A stretch of DNA of 64,000 nucleotides, from positions 76,720-140,719 of the forward strand of contig JBAZNI010000001.1 in the NCBI GenBank assembly GCA_041649295.1, read 5' to 3'. The position numbers were made by a program, and so were the translations under genes. Every line of letters starts with the position of its first letter. Position 1 is the first letter of the stretch. Below the pieces are notes generated by a model. That model saw nothing but the letters and a program-made list of their open reading frames with translations. It searched no databases and was not told where the DNA came from. The DNA comes from Candidatus Pacearchaeota archaeon (GTDB taxonomy: Archaea; Nanobdellota; Nanobdellia; Pacearchaeales; GW2011-AR1). Positions 58,496 through 64,000 of the stretch are shown here, piece after piece.

Positions 58496-59833
58496 ATGTT
58501 TAAAGTTTATACAATCGGAGGTTACAGTGAAGTTGGAAAAAATATGACTGCTATTGAATTAGGAGAGGATATTATCGTTTTTGACTGCGGGTTGTATATG
58601 CCTGCAGTTGTAGACTTGCAGGAAACAACAAAACAGCCGACAGCTCATTTGCTTAACAGTGTTGGAGCTTTTCCAGACGATTCTTTTCTTGAAAAAAACA
58701 AGCACAGGGTAAGAGCTTTTTTAATTTCGCACGCTCACCTTGACCATGTAGGTGCTGTTCAGTATATTGCAAAAAAATACCCTGAAGCAGAAATATTCGG
58801 GACACCATTTACAATCGAGGTTCTTAAAACACTTTTAGAAGATACAAAAACAACATTAAAAAATAAGATAACTGTGATTAATCAAGATGCATCTTGTTTT
58901 ATAAAAGGAAGAAATAGAAAATATAGGGCAGAATTTATTTCAATGACTCACTCAACACTTCAGACTTCTATTGTGGCATTGCATACTGACAGCGGAATTA
59001 TTGCCTATGCAGAAGATTTTAAATTAGATAACACTCCGATACTTGGAAACCCCCCAAATTACAAGCGTTTAAAAGAAATTGCAAAACAAGGAATTAAACT
59101 TTTGATAGTTGATTCATTATATTCTTCAGATGACTATAAAACTCCAAGTGAAAAAATTGCAAGAGCATTAGTAGAGGAAGTTTTGCTTACTGTAGATAAT
59201 GAAAACCGCGGGATTTTTGTAACAACATTCTCCTCGCATATTGCAAGATTGAAAAGCATTGTTGAATTTTCTAGGAAACTAAACAGGAAAGTTATTTTTG
59301 TAGGAAGAAGCCTTTCAAAATATGTGAATGCTGCAAAAAAAATTAAAATGTGCCCTTTTGAAAAAGACATTGAGCTGGTAAGCTACACAAAACAAATTGA
59401 ATCTGCTTTGAAAAAAGTTGAAAAAGACAGGGCAAAATATGTTGTTGTCTGCACAGGGCATCAAGGAGAGCCTGGAAGTGTGCTGGACAGAATAGCATCA
59501 GGTAAACTGCAATTTAATTTTAAAAAAGGAGACAGTGTAATATTCTCCTCAAAAGTGATACCAATTCCAATTAACATGTCTAATAGAGCAAATATGGAAA
59601 AAAAACTTAAGAAGTATGATGTAAGGATATTTGACCATGTCCATGTTTCAGGGCACGGAGGAAGAGAGGATATAAGAGATTTAATTAATCTGTTAAAGCC
59701 AAAATATATTATTCCTGCTCACGGAAGTCTTGACCAAATTTCACCAGCAATAGAACTTGCAAGGGAAATGGGCTATGAATTGAACAAGACAGCTTTCTTA
59801 TGCCAGGATGGAAGCAAAGTTGTAATAAACTAA
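58496..59833 (+). CDS. rnj: Ribonuclease J (beta-CASP metallo-beta-lactamase)
   Basis: HAHLDHVGA motif II, beta-CASP motifs, 445 aa archaeal size. Confidence 0.8.
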   Translation: MFKVYTIGGYSEVGKNMTAIELGEDIIVFDCGLYMPAVVDLQETTKQPTAHLLNSVGAFPDDSFLEKNKHRVRAFLISHAHLDHVGAVQYIAKKYPEAEIFGTPFTIEVLKTLLEDTKTTLKNKITVINQDASCFIKGRNRKYRAEFISMTHSTLQTSIVALHTDSGIIAYAEDFKLDNTPILGNPPNYKRLKEIAKQGIKLLIVDSLYSSDDYKTPSEKIARALVEEVLLTVDNENRGIFVTTFSSHIARLKSIVEFSRKLNRKVIFVGRSLSKYVNAAKKIKMCPFEKDIELVSYTKQIESALKKVEKDRAKYVVVCTGHQGEPGSVLDRIASGKLQFNFKKGDSVIFSSKVIPIPINMSNRANMEKKLKKYDVRIFDHVHVSGHGGREDIRDLINLLKPKYIIPAHGSLDQISPAIELAREMGYELNKTAFLCQDGSKVVIN

Positions 59834-59852
59834 ACTTTATGATTTTTGCATA

Positions 59853-62516
59853 TTGCATAAAAAGACTTTTATATTGAAGTTTCTTGTATTGTTTATGAAT
59901 AAAAAGAAGAGGAGAGCATTAATTTATTTAGTTTGTTCTGTAATTATTATTTTAACTTTGGCATATATGGTTCTTTCTGGAGGATTTCATAAAAAATCAG
60001 GTGTGCAGTTTAGTGAAGGGGATTTAATTACAATTGAAAATGAAAATATTTCACTGACTATTGATATGGATAAGATGGGGGCAATTGTAAGCATTAAAGA
60101 TAAGGTTAGCAGAAGGGAATTTATTTCTTCAGGTTCAGATTCTTATCTTTACATGATAACTCAAAAAACTGCGATTACTGGAAAAGGGATATTCAAATTT
60201 ATTTCAAGCCAAAATTCCTCTTGTTTTGATTATTATACTGAAGAGGACAGCAAAAAAATAACTTTAACAATAAATACCTGCCACCCAGATGAGGGGCTTG
60301 ATGTTACTTCAATAATTTCTATCAATAAAAAAGACAGCAGTTTAAACTTTCATATTGAAGTTGCAAACTCTGGAGAACAAATAATTCAGTCAGTTGAATA
60401 TCCGATTATTGATTTAACTCCAAAATTAGGTGATGATTCTTCAGACGATTATTTTATCTACCCTTATAAAGATGGAGCAATCATAAACGATATTTATAAT
60501 CTTCCCAATAAAAAGTATGTCCAGTCCCACCCCGGACAGTTGTCAATGCAGTTTCTTGCATTTTATGATAAATCAAATCAGCCAGGACTATATATTCAGA
60601 GTGAAGATATCAATGGCAATTACAAGAGAGTCAGTTTTATGAGGGAGAATAAAGACAGCGAAGATTTTTTAAGAGTTTCATATAAAAATTTTATATCTGA
60701 AAATTATGGAAATGATTTCGCTTTGGATTATAATATTAAATTAAAAACCTTTTATGGAGACTGGTATGATGCTGCGGATATTTATAAAAAATGGGCATTA
60801 AAACAATGGTGGGCTGAAAAAACAATATGGGAAAGGGACGATATTCCTCAATGGTTATTCGACGCAACTATCGCCCATAATGGAAATCGCCCATTTGCAA
60901 CAGAAAACTTTTTTGATATAAATAATGAAATTTTAAAAACATGGTATCTTGATGATTCAATTCCTTTTGATGTTGATTTTAAAGGGGCGTTATTTAGTGT
61001 TGGCGGGCTTTGGGGAAGGCCAAACACCTTATGGTCTGGAGGAAATTATTTTTATCCGTTTAAAGGGGATATACCTATTGAACCTGTTGAAGAAGACAAA
61101 TTATATGCCCAAATTAATTTATTAAACAGCATAAATGTGCATACTTCTCTTTGGCTAAGTGCTACCAGATTTGATTTATGGGAAACTGAATCAGAGATAA
61201 ATCCAGGAGGAGTATGTGATTGGGACACTTCAACTTTAGTATTTAATGATACAGAGGATTTTAATGCAATTAATGGAGATGATTATGTTATAATAAAAGA
61301 ATCAGGGGAAAAAGATTTTAAACAAATTCCGTTTATGCTGGATAAATGCCGTAAAGGCGACTCTGCGATAATTGGTGTTGGCTCAAAAAAAGACAATTTA
61401 ATTGATTTTATGCTTGATGACAACATTTTAAGAGGAATAAAAAGAGGAGCTTCGCTTATGTCTCTTGACCAGATTATAGGGGGGTGGATAGATGCAGATT
61501 TTAATGAAAAGTATATTAATAATCGGGGTGTAGGATATGGAATTTATATGCATAATAGATTTATTGAAATATTAGACGGACTAAACTCTGTGATAAATGA
61601 TGAAGGAAAAAAAGGAGAATTTGGAATAGGTATGGAAGCCACCAACGAGTATTATATTCCTTATGTTCAGTCAGTTTTATTAAGGCCAGTAAGCACTCTT
61701 GGGGTAATTGGCAATTCTACTGGAATGACACTTTCAAAAATTCCTCTGTTCAGTTATATTTATAATGACAGATTTATTTCCTATGACAGCACTTTAGATA
61801 GTTATAATGTACAGTTTGATTCAATTACTCTTTATGATGCTTCTGTATGTGCTGTTAATGGGGGAATACCCTCTGTAAGAATAGCTGACAATGTTGATAT
61901 GCAATATCCTGTTACAGAGAATGTCATATTTTTAAGAAAACTTATATCAAATATAGGAACAGAATACCGGGGTGCAGAGATCCTTAATCCCCCCGAAATC
62001 TATGGAATTCCCAGAGATATAGAAACAGTCTGGAAAAAATTTGGGGGAAATTATTTTTACAATCCAGTTGTTTTTAGAGTTCTGAAAAAACACGACAATA
62101 CAATAAGTTACATATTCATAAATACAGATGACAGAACAGATTCACTAAGTTTGTCTTTTAATCTTGAAAATTATTATGCAGATTATAACCTTTTTGATGT
62201 TTACAAAAAAACATGCGGAAAAACAGACTGCCAGAAGGAGCAGATTATTGAAAACTCAACTATTGAAAACAAGAAGATAGAATTTGCAATGGAATTCAGT
62301 GATTTGGTTATTTTTGACATTATCCCAAAAGGGGTGGTTAACCCAAATTTTTCAAATTCAACAGGAAATAAAACTGCTAACCCCATTACTCATATAATAG
62401 ATGGAGCTTCATCAAGAGTAGGAGCAATATGGGTTATGCTGATTATTTTAGTTTCTTTTATTGGAATTTGTGTTAGTATCGTATTAATCAGATACTTAAA
62501 AAATAAAAACATTTAA
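59853..62516 (+). CDS. Large surface protein with N- and C-terminal TM anchors
   Basis: 887 aa; N-terminal TM (LIYLVCSVIIILTLAYMVL), C-terminal TM plus basic tail. Confidence 0.45.
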   Translation: MHKKTFILKFLVLFMNKKKRRALIYLVCSVIIILTLAYMVLSGGFHKKSGVQFSEGDLITIENENISLTIDMDKMGAIVSIKDKVSRREFISSGSDSYLYMITQKTAITGKGIFKFISSQNSSCFDYYTEEDSKKITLTINTCHPDEGLDVTSIISINKKDSSLNFHIEVANSGEQIIQSVEYPIIDLTPKLGDDSSDDYFIYPYKDGAIINDIYNLPNKKYVQSHPGQLSMQFLAFYDKSNQPGLYIQSEDINGNYKRVSFMRENKDSEDFLRVSYKNFISENYGNDFALDYNIKLKTFYGDWYDAADIYKKWALKQWWAEKTIWERDDIPQWLFDATIAHNGNRPFATENFFDINNEILKTWYLDDSIPFDVDFKGALFSVGGLWGRPNTLWSGGNYFYPFKGDIPIEPVEEDKLYAQINLLNSINVHTSLWLSATRFDLWETESEINPGGVCDWDTSTLVFNDTEDFNAINGDDYVIIKESGEKDFKQIPFMLDKCRKGDSAIIGVGSKKDNLIDFMLDDNILRGIKRGASLMSLDQIIGGWIDADFNEKYINNRGVGYGIYMHNRFIEILDGLNSVINDEGKKGEFGIGMEATNEYYIPYVQSVLLRPVSTLGVIGNSTGMTLSKIPLFSYIYNDRFISYDSTLDSYNVQFDSITLYDASVCAVNGGIPSVRIADNVDMQYPVTENVIFLRKLISNIGTEYRGAEILNPPEIYGIPRDIETVWKKFGGNYFYNPVVFRVLKKHDNTISYIFINTDDRTDSLSLSFNLENYYADYNLFDVYKKTCGKTDCQKEQIIENSTIENKKIEFAMEFSDLVIFDIIPKGVVNPNFSNSTGNKTANPITHIIDGASSRVGAIWVMLIILVSFIGICVSIVLIRYLKNKNI

Positions 62517-62540
62517 ATCTGTAAGTTTCTATCAATATGT

Positions 62541-63068
62541 ATGGTCAGGCATGACATTGTGTCAGCTTTAAAAAACTCTGTTGAAAGAGGCGAAGATTTG
62601 GAAAGAGCAAAGCAAGTTTTGATTAGTTCTGGGTATAGCGTGCGGGATGTTAATGAAGCAGCAAATTATTTGACAGGAGGATTAGCAGGGGAGATAAAAG
62701 TTCAGCAGAAGCAGGCTACTTATCAACAAATTATTCCGCAAAAAGCACCAAACTTTTCACCACCCAATATATACAAATCAGATTCAGAAACGCAAAATTA
62801 TGAATCTTCTAGACAAGGTCAGCAAATTCCACAGTTAATATCCCAAAAGGCAGCCCCCCAACAACAAAAAATTCAAGCTCTTCCATTTGTAGAATCGCAG
62901 CATCTCCCAAGAATGCCCGAAGTTGAATATAAAGTTAAAAAAGATAATAAGAAGCTGTTTGTTATTGCACTCTTAATTATATTCCTTGTCTTACTTATAA
63001 CTTCTCTTGTTCTCGTTATTCTCTTTAAAGAAGATGTAATTGCATTTATTCAAGGGTTATTGGGATAA
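62541..63068 (+). CDS. C-terminally anchored Gln-rich hypothetical protein
   Basis: 175 aa; C-terminal TM. Confidence 0.35.
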   Translation: MVRHDIVSALKNSVERGEDLERAKQVLISSGYSVRDVNEAANYLTGGLAGEIKVQQKQATYQQIIPQKAPNFSPPNIYKSDSETQNYESSRQGQQIPQLISQKAAPQQQKIQALPFVESQHLPRMPEVEYKVKKDNKKLFVIALLIIFLVLLITSLVLVILFKEDVIAFIQGLLG

Positions 63069-63346
63069 AACAACAGGGCAACTATACTACCGCTCGCCAC
63101 GCTCGCTTTACCTTAATGTATAAAAAATTCATTCTTCTGTATTTATTAATTTAACTGACTAAGATGCCGATAACAGATTTTCTTTATCCTAAAAAAATCC
63201 ACACTATTTATGGCGCGGTTGCTTATGCGAGTCTTTTGGGAATCTAAAATCAAATGCTGAACAAATCACATATTTTAGTGTATCGTGACACATAGATTTT
63301 TGACCATTAACCCAATATTTAAAAAATCTCAAGTATATCAGAATAT

Positions 63347-63880
63347 ATGGAAATATATTCTCCTGCAGAAGATTCTTATTTGCTGGCAGAAGCGCTAAAA
63401 GAATTTTTAAAAAATAAAAAAAAAGCAGAAAAAAATAAAATAAAAATTTTGGATTTGGGAACAGGCTCAGGAATTCAATCAAAAAATTGTATAGAGAATG
63501 GAATAAAAAAAGAAAATATAACTGCAGCAGACATAAATAAAGAAGCTTTAGAAAATGCAAAGAAGTTAAAAATTAAAGTAATATATTCAAACTTATTCTC
63601 TAAAATAAAAGGCAAATTTGATTTAATTATTTTTAATCCTCCTTATCTGCCAGAAGACAAATATGACATCCAGCCAGATACAACTGGAGGAAAATATGGC
63701 AGTGAAATAATAAATGAGTTTCTAAAACAAGCAAGTTTTCATTTAACAAAATCAGGCAAAATCTTCCTTCTTACCTCTTCACTGACAAAAAGAATTAACT
63801 GGTTAAATTACAAAAAGAAAAAGGTTGCTGAAGAGAAATTATTCTTTGAAACCCTTTGGGTTTGGAAGTTGCATATCTAA
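63347..63880 (+). CDS. N5-glutamine methyltransferase (HemK/Mtq2-like)
   Basis: ILDLGTGSGIQS SAM motif and NPPY catalytic motif. Confidence 0.75.
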   Translation: MEIYSPAEDSYLLAEALKEFLKNKKKAEKNKIKILDLGTGSGIQSKNCIENGIKKENITAADINKEALENAKKLKIKVIYSNLFSKIKGKFDLIIFNPPYLPEDKYDIQPDTTGGKYGSEIINEFLKQASFHLTKSGKIFLLTSSLTKRINWLNYKKKKVAEEKLFFETLWVWKLHI

Positions 63881-63921
63881 TAACCAAAACATTTATAAGC
63901 TATAGATAGTTATAGTAATCT

Positions 63922-64000
63922 ATGGCGACAACAATACAAATTGACGAAAAAGTAAAGGACAAATTAGATAAATTAAAAGTTCACCATAGAGAGTCTTATA
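63922..64000 (+). CDS. Partial ORF (MATTIQIDEKVKDKLDKLK...), RHH-like start, runs off the window
   Basis: Open to the window end; beta-strand-then-helix pattern. Confidence 0.2.
   Translation, partial: MATTIQIDEKVKDKLDKLKVHHRESY

Noticed and set aside
1-64000. CRISPR arrays
   Set aside because: No short regularly spaced repeats were seen. The only tandem repeats are the 92-bp tRNA-Lys-associated units and the 95-bp tRNA-Ala-associated units.

Overview
This 64-kb window is AT-rich (about 30% GC), compact, and archaeal; the gene content suggests a DPANN-type lineage (possibly Woesearchaeota or Pacearchaeota).

The archaeal assignment rests on several things visible in the sequence. There is a 16S rRNA with the archaeal GCCGCCGCGGTAA-type 515 region, and genes for Cdc48, RadB, Hjc, TFS, RpoK, Pop5, a histone-fold protein, the exosome/proteasome superoperon (psmA-SBDS-rrp4-rrp41-rrp42), class II LysRS, type IA topoisomerase, RNase J, uS2 and enolase. 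Many tRNA and rRNA introns and TATA/BRE promoters with leaderless starts point the same way.

Features that stand out:
- A diversity-generating retroelement (DGR) signature. An 85-bp variable repeat in the 3-prime part of gene 20796..21620 is matched by an intergenic template repeat about 390 bp downstream. The two differ only at template adenines and are followed by a GC hairpin. No reverse transcriptase is present in the window.
- An unlinked but neighbouring rRNA locus on the minus strand. The 23S gene carries two introns, each encoding a different homing-endonuclease family (LAGLIDADG and PD-(D/E)xK). The 16S-23S spacer is expanded by protein ORFs and by tandem modules that mimic the tRNA-Ala 3-prime end.
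- A tRNA-Lys with a 115-nt intron followed by tandem 92-bp triple-hairpin repeats, each starting with the last 12 nt of the tRNA.
- A roughly 285-nt candidate structured RNA with a terminal helix (SRP or RNase P RNA).
- An AmmeMemoRadiSam-like protein that has lost its radical-SAM cysteine triad.
- An IS6-family element next to a cluster of small RHH proteins and an intron-containing tRNA-Asn.
- A frameshifted NYN gene bounded by 32-bp direct repeats, with an orphan tRNA 3-prime fragment at one end.
- A pair of diverged tandem paralogs sharing a duplicated 53-bp promoter module.
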